From NCBI GenBank assembly GCA_964106645.2, contig OZ067039.1: a stretch of 64,000 bases of DNA; one strand, written 5' to 3'. The notes beneath the pieces are model-generated. The model was not told where the DNA came from and made no database searches. It was given only the letters and a program-made list of their open reading frames with translations. Positions within the stretch are counted from its first letter, which is position 1. Each line of letters begins with the position of its first letter. The DNA comes from Podarcis pityusensis (lineage: Eukaryota). Positions 50,619 to 64,000 of the stretch are shown here, piece after piece. The translations under genes were made by a program, and so were the position numbers.

Positions 50619-53600
50619 CTTAATGAGAGAGAAAAACACAGAGTTAACTGCAAATCTTTGCTTAATTGAGATTTCTCAGTATCATAAGTAGCTAACATTC
50701 CACACCACATGAAAACAAGCTTATCATTTCAGAATACACAATCACGTGAATTAGAAAATTTCAGCACTGACTAGAAAGGAATCTACCAAGGGTCACAAGA
50801 ATTGTGTGCCAGCAGCAAAATGGTTTCTTTCCCTTTCATTGCTGTTCTCAGACACATTTAGAATCTCCTCTATGGCAGTGCAGTGGTTTCAAGACTTTGT
50901 CCACAGTGACCCACCTGCCATGGAATTCCTAAAATATTCTGGAGGCAAATACTCAGTTGGCAGAGGATACTTCATAAGCTTGTTGGGCTTTATTATAGCC
51001 ATGTAAGCTGAGAGTGCACTGGAAATGGGCAGGCTGTTGTGCCTCCTATTACCCCTCTTTCTCTTGAGGAACCCCATGTTTCTCCAGAAATGTTCTAGAA
51101 ACAAATGGTCTAGGGAGGCTAATCTTGTAGAAGGTACAGTGCATGCCTGGCTATCGGAAGGTAGAGAACTGTAATCGCCTAGCTGTTCTGGTTTTAGGGG
51201 AGCTTGGTGCCAAGGTTTCCTGAATGGCAACCACGAATCTCTCCCTGGCAACCGTCTTCCTAATTCCAGCATGACACGTTAACCCTCCTTCTTCTGGAGC
51301 TCTCTGCACAGAGAACTTGGAAGGGCCTCGCCATTTGGGGAGAAGAGACCGAGCATACCCACCCATCACCTGACATGTACAGAGGAGGAGTCAGTCTCCC
51401 AGGCCAAGTCAGAAGGTATGAGAAAGACTCAGCTGCATCTGAACAAGGCTTTGTGCAAATTGAAAGGCCCGTTGCCTTCTCCTCTGCAAAATTTTCTGCT
51501 GTGCCAGATGGCCGAGGTGACCAAAAAGAGTGCGCAGCCAGCCAAATTGTGCAGACCACCCTTCATCTGTGCATGTCCCCATAATTTTTAGACTGGGCTA
51601 ATCTTATAATCTTTTAAGTATTGGCTAGCTCCAACTAGTCAGGGAAATCAATACCTTGTATGAACAGGTCACCTTTAGAACTTTCAAATCCTCCCAGCTA
51701 GCTAGCTCAGGTGCAGAGTACAGACATCTTAATCACAGCCAATTCTGTTAACTGTATCGCTGAAGATACATGTGATGTGATTAACAGTCAATGCAGTCTT
51801 TGGCTAGCATTTCCTATTTAAACAGTCTGAAGAGGTAATCTATCAATTTCAAAGTGAGAGGGCCTTATTGCCTAGAGTTGGCAATCTTACACAAAAAAGG
51901 CTGAAGGCTTTTTTGTACACATTCAGCAGCAAGCATTTCAGCATAAGTAAGTGCTGTCCATGATGCCCTGCATCATAGGCCTTGCATCGTTCAGCATGGC
52001 TGCGACTAGGTGAAAGCAAGGGCTCAAATGGGTGGCATGTTAGCTGCTTCTACAGCCTTACCCCACTATATATTACAAACATAAGTCTAAGTGTGGGACC
52101 AGGCTGCTCAATTCAAAAAGCTTGGATTCACACTGTTGTCATTCCTCCTGCCTGCTAAAGAGTAACTTTATGCCACATATAAAGGTGTTTTTCTACACAG
52201 ACATCAGTTATGTGTAAGAAATGGAACATACACCAAATCATTCCTCCTCCCCAATTCCTACCACTTCATTAAACAGACTTTAAACTTCTGCCTGAAGGTG
52301 CCCATGGATCAGGGTAAACTGTACGCTTCTACTGCTGGGGGTAAGGAAAGGAAAAAGTCCACCAGATCCACCCTGCCCCCGCATTTTTCTGGCTACCCTC
52401 AACTATAAGACATGGGGTGTGGGTGGGTGTTGTTTTGCAAATAAAATGAACGTAGGCTGATCTATTTTTCTTAATCTGTACAGTAAGTCCTTAGAATTAA
52501 ACAAAGATGAGGATCACATTATTAAGGATGAGTAGGCAAGCTTATTTACTCCCTACTTAGGCATACAATCGTGGGCATGAATGAATGAAATACCTAAAGG
52601 ATGGCTGTATACTTAGCAGCACCTCTTGCTTCACCAAGAATCTACAGAAACATGTTATTGTTCTACAGTGAGCCAGCTTGTTCCGTTCTAGCTTGCACGG
52701 ACCTCCCAATAACTTCATTATGCATAATGTGAATTATTGTAAAGTCCTGGGGTTTCAGATTCTGGAGCTTTCTAACTGCACAATGAGAGATCAAGACACC
52801 TTCCAGTTTCTGAGCTCCACACAACTTGCACAGCTTTCCCTTTTAAATTCCCTATTCAGTAGGGGATTTTGTTGCAATTTTGCAAAATTTTAGGCAGCCT
52901 GGTTATGGCTACTTAAAAGTATTTAGCACAGCTTTGCCTCCTGGCAAATGTCTCTACTGACACTGTTCGTGGACTCTTGCTTCCAATACTCCCCAGTTCC
53001 TGATTTTAACAACTCCAAAAGACTATCAAAGTTTATACCTACTATCAAATCCTTAGCCCAAAGCACCATAAACCAGGCCCAACTTTTATCTTTTTTTATT
53101 ATAAAAAAGTATACTTCCTTCAACAATAAGACACTGTTCTGCTGACAGAGAGTATCTCAAAACTAATCTTTAGAAATTACACCAAAAACTCTGGGAACAA
53201 TCCAGACAAAGTTCAGCACACCAAGTCCCAATGATTCAAAGGAAAGATATGCAGGTATGTGCTTACCACTCCCACTGAAGTGAACCAGACTTAGTAGTGC
53301 TTCATTTTGCCTAGCTTGTGCCTTCTAAAATCAGAAATTCAGCAGCCTTCCAAGATTAGAAATTCAGATTTCTAGATGGCATACCCCACCAATTTAATAT
53401 TTACCAGCAACTTATTCCCCATATCCCTAATAGTCTTAAATTCACTTTGCAAATTTAATCATGTTTTTCATAAATCAGACTGAACTATAATCACATTTGC
53501 CAACAATTAAGTACTGACTCAGACTTCACATATAAACAATGCTCATCCAGTAAAGATGAACTAGCTACAGTGGTTTCTATAAAACAATGTTACATTTGCA

Positions 53601-53839
53601 ATACTGCCATGTTAGTTTGGGCAAGATAAAATATGCAATGTACTCAAGCCATAATTCACTGTGAGTTTGGGGGAAGGTTTGGGCTTAACTGAATAGCATA
53701 AAAGGAACAACAGGTTCTTAGTATGATCTCACCATATTTACAAGAGTATTGACAGTTTCAGCTTATGAACAGCTGCACAATTCCCAATGGTGGACAATTG
53801 TGTTGCACGAAAGATGACCCAAACAAAGTAAAGATATAC

Positions 53840-54027
53840 CAGAGCTTTCCAAACTTTTCATTTCGGTGACACACTTTTTAGACATGTATCATTTCGTGAC
53901 ACAGTAAATCGGTTTTACTAGCAAACCGGGGGTTAAACTAACCCCTTTCCAACCTAGGGAGGAGCTCCGGGAGCGTTCATGAGGCACACCTACACAATGC
54001 AGCCGACACACAGTTTGGAAAGCTCTG
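53840..54027. mobile_element. hAT-like MITE
   Basis: TIRs CAGAGCTTTCCAAAC / GTTTGGAAAGCTCTG; partly degenerate 8-bp flanks ending TATAC. Confidence 0.75.
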
Positions 54028-54317
54028 TCTTATACCAACTAGCAAGAAAGCAGTAATATTAGCTCAACTCTTATCTTAAATGAAACAGAATACGAAGGTA
54101 AAATGGAAGCCTATGTCTAACACCCACTTCTGACATTATTTTATGCTAACCAGACCACTGCAATTTTAACCAGCAACAGAAATATATAAAAACTTAAATC
54201 AATATACTAGATGTGCCTATACTGAGCTCTGAACCCTCAGCAGTGCTTTATTTAGAACACCTTCACAGACTTTACAATTTATTATATACCTGGAGAGATT
54301 ATGCAACAAACATAGTA

Positions 54318-54553
54318 CAGTGGTACCTTGGTTTAAGAACAGTCCAGTTTAAGAACGATTTGGTTTACAAACTCCGCAAAACCAGAAATAGTGTCTTGGT
54401 TTTAGAACTTTACCTCGGTCTAAGAACAGAATCTTAACGGAGGAAGGGCACTGGCAGGCCTCATTAGGGAAAGTGCCCCTCAGTTTAAGAACAGTTTCGG
54501 TTTAAGAACGGACTTCCGGAACAGATTGAAGTTCGTAAACTGAGGTACCACTG
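54318..54553. mobile_element. Tc1/mariner-type MITE
   Basis: TIRs CAGTGGTACCT / AGGTACCACTG, same TIR family as 825-1050. Confidence 0.8.
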
Positions 54554-54687
54554 TGTTTCAATAGACTCCATTTCCTTGGGAGTCCTACTCTTGCAGTCAA
54601 AATAGGAATGATCTAGCTCTGACCAAGGTCTGTTTCAGAGAAGCTAAACACAAAATGGGCATACCTTACTTACTTTCTATTTAACAG

Positions 54688-54920
54688 CAGTGTGGTACCT
54701 CGGGTTAAGAACTTAATTCATTCCGGAGGTCTGTTCTTAACCTGAAACTGTTCTTAACCTGAGACACCACTTTAGCTAATGGGGCCTCCCACTGCCGCCG
54801 TGTGATTTCTGTTCTCATTCTGAAGCAAAGTTCTAAACCCGTGGTACTATTTCTGGGTTAGTGGAGCCTGTAACCTGAAGCGTCTGTAACCTGAAGCATC
54901 TGTAACCCGAGGTGCCACTG
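54688..54920. mobile_element. Tc1/mariner-type MITE, close relative of 825-1050
   Basis: Shared internal sequence (GAACTTAATTC.TTCC.GAGGTC..TTCTTAACC) and TIRs. Confidence 0.8.
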
Positions 54921-57900
54921 TACACCAATATGGTATTCAGTAAGAAAACTAAAAATCATGGCATGTGTGCTATTTAAGTGGCCACTTCTGCAAAATCACC
55001 ATGAAGGTACCAAATCTACTCTTAAGGCATATCCTGGGTATCTGTGGCTTATGTCACAGATCTTGAGACTGTGGATCAAGACCACCAGTGGGTCATGCAA
55101 GGACCAAAAACAAGATTCTTGTACATGCATGCTACAAGTCAAAGAGTATGTTGTAAACAGACAGATGGTTGTATCCAACAAAGTCGTCCAATCAGCGCAA
55201 TGTCTTATTTTTGTGCAAAGGTTCTTCCTTTCCCATCTTCTTCTTCTTTGGCGATCACTCGTAGATTGTCTTGTATAAACACGGTTTTAACAATGAGTGG
55301 TATGCTCCAGAAGGTTGAGGGAACCTCCATAATGGATTTGGGAGGCATGAGGGAGAGGAAGTCCTGTTGCACAGGAAGAAGTCTTTGTACTAACAGGACA
55401 ACTTTGTTGGCTGCAACCCAAACTGGTTGTTAAGCACCATTAACGAAAAGCCCAGGGCAAATCCAAATTTCAAGAACATATTAAGAGAATTCACTCTAGT
55501 CATGTCCTTCAGCTCTCACCTAGGAGTTCAAGACAGACATTTTGGCTTCATAACCTCCCTACAGTTAAGCCTACACAAACACACAATACCCTACTATATA
55601 ACGTCTTAGGGAACACTGTTCTAGGGTACAGAGGCAACTACCTGAGAACAACTTGTTCAAGGCCGACACATCAGTTCTCAACCACATATAAACACACTGT
55701 GACTTGACAGGTTGTATCATACTGGTCTGCAGTACATTGAACCCTTGTGGCTTTCTATTGTGAGGGGGAGGAAGCAACACATTTCCCCTGAATATTCAAA
55801 CAGTGGCCTTGAGGCCTCCATTTACCACATACAATAATAGGTGCAGAAATGGAGCTACATTTACAAAATCCAAGGATTGCAGCACTTTACCTCAACAGGG
55901 AGAGAGTAATTATATTTCAGTCTTTTTCAATAATAAATGGTGATGGTGATTAATGTTTATAAAATTATGAATCATATGGAGGGAAGTTTTTCCTCTCTTT
56001 CCAGCAAGTAACCAATCCAGGGTGGCCGTCAATATTGTTTAGACCAAAAATTACTTCATATTCTTAGCTTATAAATTCACTGTATATGTGATGATGACTG
56101 ATAGCTTTTAAAGGGAACCGAGAGAAGCTCTGAAGAAACAAGTCTACTGATGGCTATCACTGCCTTTACGCTCTACTCATGGGACTTCTCAAAAGAATCT
56201 GCCTGCCACTGCAGAACACAGGTTTGCTGGACCAAATGATGCAACAGAATTCATTTTTTCCTTGTGGAATTCTCTATTGGTCCCATGTGGCCCTGGTGGC
56301 ATTCTTGTATGGCTACATAAGTGTAATGGTGCCAACAACCCCTTCAGCAGATATACAGGTTTTTTTAAGTTCAGAAAGGTAAAATGCACACACCCAACCT
56401 TTAATCAGATTTGTACATGTCAGCCAATTCTGACATGACTATTTCTCCTCCACAGCTTCTGACAGGAATGCATACTGTAAAAATCTAGTAGGGAACTCCC
56501 AACTTCTCCAATAAGAGAAGCTAAGGATTATGGCTTACACTTGGCACCAGCACATTTGTTGCACAGGGCAGGGTTAGCAGCAGCAGGACCTGATGCCTGG
56601 AAATCACTAGCCAAAGAATGAATGTGGGTTAAATTCTAACTCTTGATTTTTACAACTTCCTGAATTGTATTATGTGTCTCATCATGTTTGAAGGGCAAAC
56701 ATACTTTTAAAGAAACGTTTCAGAGAACTAATAAATGTATCTGAAATACACATATATAACTAAAGGAAGTTAACATGTTTGGCCTAGCAGAAAGGTCTGA
56801 GAATAAGGAAGCATCTAAATGTCAGCTTTTTGTTTTAATAAATAATCCTTCACCAGGATCACCGAGTGAAAGGCAGGAAGCAGCAATTCAGCTGTATCAT
56901 AGCAGACTTAAGCCAGATACAATGGAAGCCACTCAAAATTAAGAGGATCTGAACAGGCTGTTTAGCAAGTTGATATTTATTTATTTATTTTTGGTTAATA
57001 AATATGGGAAGCAATAAGCATCCATTTGCAGTGATTTAGTTATGGGAAACATTGGTTGCCAGCAACCAGACTAAATTATATTTGACATATCTTTCAGCTT
57101 TACTATGTAGTTCTGTGCTTTGACAGAAGCAAACTTCGTCAAATGCAGTCTGATTTTTTTAAATATCCAATCTTTTCCTCTATCCTTCAATTTACGTAAA
57201 ATGAATTAAGCTTCTCAAGCTAGGAGCCATGACAACCAGAACCAATGTTCCAGCAATGCTAGAAACTGGATGCTTTAGGAAATATAACACACAGGAAAGT
57301 AAGCCATAAGCTTGTAGGGTTGTTGCTAATCTGTAGCCTGCTTTCAGTTCCCGTCCTATGTAAATCTCATGCCCTAGTTGCTCTACTTAAGGCTTAAAGC
57401 TGGGGTGGGCTAACCTATGGCCATCCAGATATCAGCCCTGACTACAGGCCATGCGGGTGGGAGTGTAGGCCAACATGTGGAACGTCACAAATTGACCACC
57501 CCAGCTTAAAAGCCTCACACAACTGCAAAGAAACAACATATGAAAGGAAGGAAGAAGTAAGAGTGAAGGATGCTAAAGACCAGGGGCGGTCAAGCAGGTA
57601 TTAATCACTATTGAGAGATAAGCGCCAACACGAATCCCTTAGTTTCATAATAGCTCAAGAAGATAGCAATACTGGAACAGCTCCATATTGCTGTCACAGG
57701 GGCATCCATCTTAGCACCGTTGAGGCATTACTCTTGAAAATGAAAAAAACCATAAACAGAGAAAATGGAGTTGTGCATGACAGCCCCACACCCTAATGCT
57801 CCTATATATGCCAGACTCCCTGCTCCCTTCTCTATGCTGCCCCACTGAGCAGCTGGGTCTGAAGGTGAGCTCTGAAAGCTTTCAGTCAAGGCATCCTTGA

Positions 57901-58484
57901 ACCCCCTTAGGGTTCCCAGTAGCAAAGAAGTTTCTAAACACTTTCAACCAAACATGCTTAGAATTCCCCTTCAAGCTTTCCCACTCAAAAAGAGGTCAGA
58001 TTGGGACTCAAGTGGGAGGGAATGAAGCAATGCCCCATGCTCCCCACTTGTGCTGTGATTCTTTTTTCAGACATAATGAACACAGCTAAGTGCAAGCTTA
58101 TGAATGGTGTATCTAGATAAGTTATTGTTGAAGAAAATCATGAAGTGCAGCACGAAAGGTGAACCTGTGGCCCTCCAGATGTTGTTGAGAGTACAGCTCC
58201 CATCAGCTTCAGCCAGCATGACTAATGGCCACGGATGGTGACTAACAACATATTTGGGCTACAGATCTCTCATCCTTGATGCGCTGACTTGAAGACTTGC
58301 ATCACTTTCATAAGTGAGAACGAGCCTTCCATTTAAAACAACTATATATTTCTGATGCCCAATGGTGGAAGCTGAGCTTCCTTTATGAACCAGTTAATTC
58401 GTTTGATGCTATCTATGATTACAAAGGGATACACCATTAAAATTGAGCATAACCATCACAAGCTAACTCTGCATGCAGCTAAAA

Positions 58485-58856
58485 AAAGGTAAAGGTAAAG
58501 GACCCCTGACAGTTAAGTCTAGTCACGAATGACTCTGGGGCTGCGGCGCTCATCTTGCCTTACTGGCCGAGGGACCCGACGTTGGTCTGCAGACAGTTTT
58601 TCCGGGTCATGTGGCTAGCATGACTAAGTCGCTTCTGGCGAAATAATCAGAGCAGTGCACGAAAATGCCGTTTACCTTCCTGCCAGAACGGTACCTATTT
58701 ATCTACTTGCACTTTGATGTGCTTTTGAACTGCTAGGTTGGCAGGAGCTGGGACTGAGCAACAGGAGCTCACCCCATCGCAGGGATTCAAACCACCAACC
58801 TTCCGATAAGCAAGCCCTAGGCTCTATGGCTTAGACCACAGCGCCACCCGCGTCCC
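58485..58856 (-). mobile_element. Sauria SINE (full length)
   Basis: (AAAGGT)n tail and reverse-complement GGGACGCGGGTGGCGCTGTGG head. Confidence 0.85.
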
Positions 58857-61850
58857 CTGCAAATCAGAATTATTTAATCTGCATGATTATATGTAAACTA
58901 TATACAAGTTAACTCCCATCTTTCGCAGAGGTTATGTTTCAGGGATGGTGTGAATACGCAGAGACTTGTATACTTGAACCATCCCTTGAAACTGCCACTG
59001 CGCGAGCAATCTTACCTTCCAAACTCAGCATGCCAAACAGGTCTTACCCCCAGAACTGTGCAGAGCTTGTTTGAGGCCTGGGGTGGGAGTCTTGTTAGAA
59101 TGAAGTTATAAACAAAAAGGCAGCTAGACCCTGGCGGGGCACGCTAGCCAGCTTAGCTCTCTGAGGCCCAGTGGAAGTGTACTCGGCTGCTACCTCCTGC
59201 ACAGATCTTGCAGGATTGTCTGAGATCTCGCAAGAGCCTCACAGAGCCTGGTAAGCAAGGCAGACAGCTTAAAAGCAATTTCTGTGCCAGAAAAATCCTG
59301 TACAAAAAGAACTTTTAACCTGTATGCCTTCCATGCATTTAATTTGTGTGATATCAACAAACACATGTAAATTCTGAGTTAATTGTACTTTGGAACATTA
59401 TTTCTTAAATTCAAATTATGTTCAGGTCTCACCCTGATCATAAAAGTAGATACCACAGTATTTTTTGAGGGTAAGGTTGTCCCTTATTACCCATTTTGAT
59501 TTCCCCACACAATGGTTTTATGCACCCTTAAAGTTATGATGGAAAATGATTTATCTGCATTATTCTAAACTGCTGAACCATACATAGGAAAGAAGGGAGG
59601 GCAACTCTAAATCTATTAATTTTAGGAGGCAACACTAAAAACAAAGAGATTTGAATAAGTCCAGAATATTCAACTGTTTTAGTTGCTGTGCAGTTTTTGT
59701 TTTGTTTTTTGTATCTCAAACCCACAAAAGCAGTAAAGTGCCAGATCAAGATAACCAAATATACCTGGTCAATTCTTAGGCACTATGGCCTCATCCATTA
59801 ACCAGAGAAGGAGCAGCTGCAGGGAGCTTGCCTGCTTGCTTCCTCCTCTCAGAAAGAACACTTTGCTTCAACTGCCTGCTGTTAATGGAATGCAGAGTAA
59901 GGGAAAAGGACTCTCCCTCCCATCCTCTGGTCAAAGGAACAAGATCCACCAGCTGCTTTCAAGCAAGAACACCAGCAAGAGAAGATCAGCCTGCCCTGGA
60001 TTACATCTAAATGCTCATAGCTCTGCACTTTGTTCTGGCCTTGAAGACTGATCTCTCCTGTACCTTTTTCTTCTACTCCCCTTCCCTTCTGTATCTTGTC
60101 TTTTTAGTTTATAAGCCTGATAGATGGACCCATTTTTAAAAAAAAAATAACCATGTGAGTGGTTTTAGAAGACAACAGTCCAAAAAGTGGAATAAAAATA
60201 AATAAATGCACTGATAAGTGATGCACAATGTTAGCTTTGAAAGATGCACTATGAATAAAGTTTGAGTTTCATTACACCATCTTCCATAACTGTATGCAGA
60301 GTTAATGGCTGCATTCACAGATAACGCTAAACCAAGTGAGTACAGTACTCATGTATTCCACAGATGAAGCCTGGGATACGGTTGGCACGCATCTGCTAAG
60401 TTTAGTTTTACTTTCAAATAATCTTTCAGAGAACCAGGGATGCTGGTTTTACAACAAACAATGGATAGTTAATTAAACAAACAAACTAACAAACTATATT
60501 CTTAACCTATGGTTTGAAGTTGGCTTGTTTAGAAACTAACCATTGTTTGTAAAAAAACAACAACCCAGGATTCCTGGTTCTTATGTAACACTAACCATGA
60601 AACCAAATTTGCAGAAGCCATCTCCATAGCTGTGTGGGGTGGAGAAAGAGAGAAATTAGCTCCATGCTTTGCCTGAACTCATGGAGGCTTGTGCACGTAC
60701 AGTACTGTTACAACTTTGTTCTAGTGTCACATGCAAACTGGGTCAAAGTTTCATTACAATTCTAACTATTATAGGTCTTTTTAACTTGTAAGAGAATAAA
60801 TTTTAGAAAGGGCTGAATGAACTAATCATCCCTACCAAATCTATTCTGAACCTCTACTCTTTATTATAACCCACCCAACATACCACTTTAGTTTGCTCTC
60901 ACAACAAAAAGCAAACTATTCTATTTCATTGTTAAAATAATAAACAAAATGTCAATAGTACTTGAAGAAATATACCAGAGTAAACAAGCTGACAATCAAA
61001 TTACTACGTAAACAATATACAATTACTGTGAAATAACCTGCTGACAATTTCAGCTTCTTGCTTTTATAGGTTTGTGTTTTGCTCTTTCCATCTAAACTAA
61101 GCCAACATAGATGTTGCTTTGTTTTCCACCCCTACTTGACTCTTTCAGCATATCAGGACTCCATACCTGAAAAAGAAAATGTAAGGTAAGACACCCAACC
61201 ACATATTCAAAGTCCAAGAATAAACAAATTAAAGCATTAGAGGACTGATACCTTTAGCTTATTCACTATGAGCAAGCACATCATCTCTACCAAGGTAGAC
61301 TGGATAAAACAGACTGTTTACAAGCAAGCACCATGCAGCAAATTCATCATGAAACACATAAAGCCATATGGCAACCTGGTTATCTGTAGCAAGGCATGGC
61401 ACATTTTCCACAGCAAATATGTTTTTAAAGACACCCTGTAAACTATTGGCAATGTGCACAGTGGAGAGGAGATTACACCCCACAGCAAAACACTACGTGC
61501 AACTAGTCCTCCATATGGCTGCATGTATCCCATAACTGGTGTACAAGCAGCCACCATGCCTTTGCCAAATGGTGCCCTCCTCATGTTTTGAGCTAGAGCT
61601 ACTGTAAATTGCCCCCTTTATCTACTCAAGGAGCAGTTAAGTGCACACACTGTATCATTATTTATATGAAGATGATAAAAACGGGTATGTTCTACACCAA
61701 AACAGCCTACTAACCAGCAGCAAAAAATTCTATGAAATCCAAGAAAGTTTTATCTAATCTATATATGAAATTCTGTACAGATAGTTAGTTACTTCATGTT
61801 TCACAACGTTTTCATATGCTTATCCTTACTTTAAAACATACACTCTAGAA

Positions 61851-61985
61851 CAGTGTTTCCCAACCTTGGGTCTCCAGCTGTTTTCAGGCTACAATTCCCA
61901 TCATTCCTGGTCACTGGTCTTGCTAGCTAGGGATGATGGGAGTTGTAGTCCAAAAATAGCTGGAGACCCAAGGTTAGGAACACTG
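61851..61985. mobile_element. Young palindromic hAT MITE, directly followed by an older related copy (~61994-62125)
   Basis: Near-perfect hairpin CAGTGTTTCCCAACCTTGGGTCTCCAGCT...AGCTGGAGACCCAAGGTTAGGAACACTG; 8-bp TSD CTCTAGAA. Confidence 0.85.
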
Positions 61986-63336
61986 CTCTAGAACAGCCTC
62001 CTGCAACCTACTCTCCAAATGCTTTGGTCTACAACTGCAATCATCTCTGACCATTAAACATAATGGCTGGAGTTGATAGGAATTGTAGTTCAGAACACCT
62101 GAAGAGCATAATGTTGGGTAAGGCAATTCTAGAGTTTCTGTTTTAAGGTAAGGACATGCATTTGAATGGGCAAAGCTAGATTTGGAACCAAGTTAAAGTC
62201 CCAGTTCAGCAGGTCAGCCCACAGAATACCCTGGCCAGGCCACACCCAAATATTATCCTCTCACAGAAGTAGAATACGAAGAATTACACCCCCCCCCTTT
62301 GTATGCTGAGGTTTACTTAGGTTTACTTTTAGCACATTCTCTACAAGCAAGTACACCATCTATAGGCTGGACATTCATTTCCCCTGTCCTAATTCACCCT
62401 CAGGAAAGCCATAATGAAGATGTGTCTAGAAATTCACTCCAAGATTGTAAACTATGATACAACCTCTACATAAAGCCTGTTCTACATGGCCTCTCTCTAT
62501 GCCCAGAAGGAAAATCAATACACAGTATGTAGTGGGGAAAAGTGTGCCTTTTAACTTATGAATAGGGTGACTATTTTAAAGCCTGGGACCATGCAGCATT
62601 TAGCCAATTCTCACTGTGACTTCCCAATATGTGAAGCTGTAGCAACATACAACCTTGTCACACAACTTTTTTCCAGCATGAAGGCTAACTGCTTCTGAAG
62701 TTAGAAGAATAAAGTGAAGGTGAATTCAAATATCTTAAGTACTTAACTGGAAAACAAATATGAGCCCCAAGCCATTACGGATAGGACCATATTGTCTTGA
62801 AATTTTCATAATACAGTACTGTATAAATAAAATCACTGCATATTTATGCATCAGTAGCAAACTAGTAGGAACTATGGTCCAACTTTTTGCTACCAAGAAG
62901 GAGAAGTCTCCCCAATTTTTGATCCCTGTCCAGACGGGTCGGCCTGTTCCCCTCCCAACCCACCTTCTAAACTTCGTGAGGAATCAAAATTGGGGGGGGG
63001 GTACCTAAATAAAGACAAAGAATATTGTAGTGGTAGGCTACAGATCACGTTAGAATTCGAGGGCGAGGGAAAACCTCTTCCCTGCTTGCATGGATCAGAG
63101 GGAGGAAGGCAGGGCTCTGAAGCAGACCACGAGGCCATTTGCAACAGGGCAATTTCGCCCTCTTGGCGGAGCCATAAAACCAAACACCTCGTGGCTCACC
63201 CACCTCCTCATCTAACGCAGCCACCCCCCAGATGCCGAGAGGGCACCACCTCCATAAAGAAAGTTGGGAGGAGAGACTGAGAAGGGCGGCGGAGGGTGGG
63301 TCTCCCTCCTGTAAAACACCGGGCAGGCTCTCTCAC

Positions 63337-64000
63337 CTCTTGGAAAGATCCATGAGGACCCCGGAAAAAAGCTTCTTCCCGAATCGGAAAGACACCACCA
63401 GCGCGTCCTCGATGATGTGATCCAGGGTGACCAGCACCTCCGAGCCGGGCAGCAGCGCCGCCGCCGCTTCCTCCTCCTCTCCTCCAGCGGCCACCGCCTG
63501 CTCCGCGGGCGCAGCGAGCTCCGGCTGCTTCGCAACGGCCGTGGCGGCAGCATCCGGCTCCTCCTCCTCCGGCCGGGGCGGTTCCTCTCCGGGCTCCGGC
63601 CCCGCGGGGCCCCCAGCTGCAGGCGGCGGCGGCGGCGACAGCGGCAAGCGGGGCGGCTGCTCCCCTCCGCCTTGTCCCTCCGCCTCCTCGCCGGGGGGGA
63701 GCTCGGACAGCTCCGCGGTGAGCGGGCAGGGCGGCTGAGGCGACCCTCCGACGGGCTCCGGGCTGGGCTGGGCCTGCGGCAGGTCTCGGGTCCCCGCTGG
63801 GCTCCCGGGCGGCGGCGGCTCCTCGGCCTCTCCCCCCGGGGCTGGCTCGGGCTCCTCCCGGGCGTCGAGCACCGCCGACTCCACGGCGGCCTGAGTGCCA
63901 GCCGGGAGCGGGTCTGCGCCGGCCTCGCTGCCCGGGATGGGCTCGGCCTCGCCGGCTCCACCATCACCCGGCACCGCCGCAGTCGCAGCCACGGCCGCCA
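63337..64000 (-). CDS. PWWP2A: PWWP2A exon 1 (start codon straddles the window edge; its A would be at 64001)
   Basis: Minus strand begins (A)TG GCG GCC GTG GCT GCG = MAAVAA, as in recalled human PWWP2A; Pro/Glu-rich region then LVTLDHIIEDALVVSFRFGKKLFSGVLMDLSKR; AG/gtgaga donor; lies in a CpG island. Confidence 0.92.

Noticed and set aside
50619-50710. ORF-track start MWCGMLAT... for PWWP2A
   Set aside because: Intronic; the exon begins at the acceptor at 50619 and joins exon 1 in phase.
63212-63967. 251-aa alternative-frame ORF overlapping PWWP2A exon 1
   Set aside because: Arg/Pro/Ser-rich shadow frame of a very GC-rich exon; no independent support.

Overview
This is vertebrate genomic DNA from a squamate reptile, probably a lacertid lizard, judging by its Sauria SINEs and squamate hAT/mariner MITEs. 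Three spliced protein-coding genes can be rebuilt by hand with GT-AG introns and consistent phases. (1) A minus-strand folate-receptor/riboflavin-binding-protein family gene, most likely retbindin (RTBDN): CDS 7193-229 in 5 exons, plus a probable CpG-island first exon ending at 14907. (2) TTC1 on the plus strand: 7 coding exons, 24863-35338, 288 aa. (3) PWWP2A on the minus strand: exon 1 runs off the window end and exon 2 is 50618-48932, with a 143-N gap. PWWP2A also has an internal splice donor and a distal 'AQRH*' terminal exon that would give a PWWP-less isoform. The rest is intronic/intergenic DNA with many nested transposons. Most notable observations: the RTBDN-like protein keeps a full 18-Cys riboflavin-binding-protein core and ends in a dibasic-site + SGSG tail; RTBDN sits head-to-head with TTC1 where ADRA1B would be expected; a SINE has a ~90-bp target-site duplication; a solo LTR with a 5-bp TSD lies in sense orientation in an intron; and there is a perfect 23-bp hairpin downstream of TTC1. 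Gene identities rest on recalled protein sequences, not database searches. No clearly new multi-gene system is evident.
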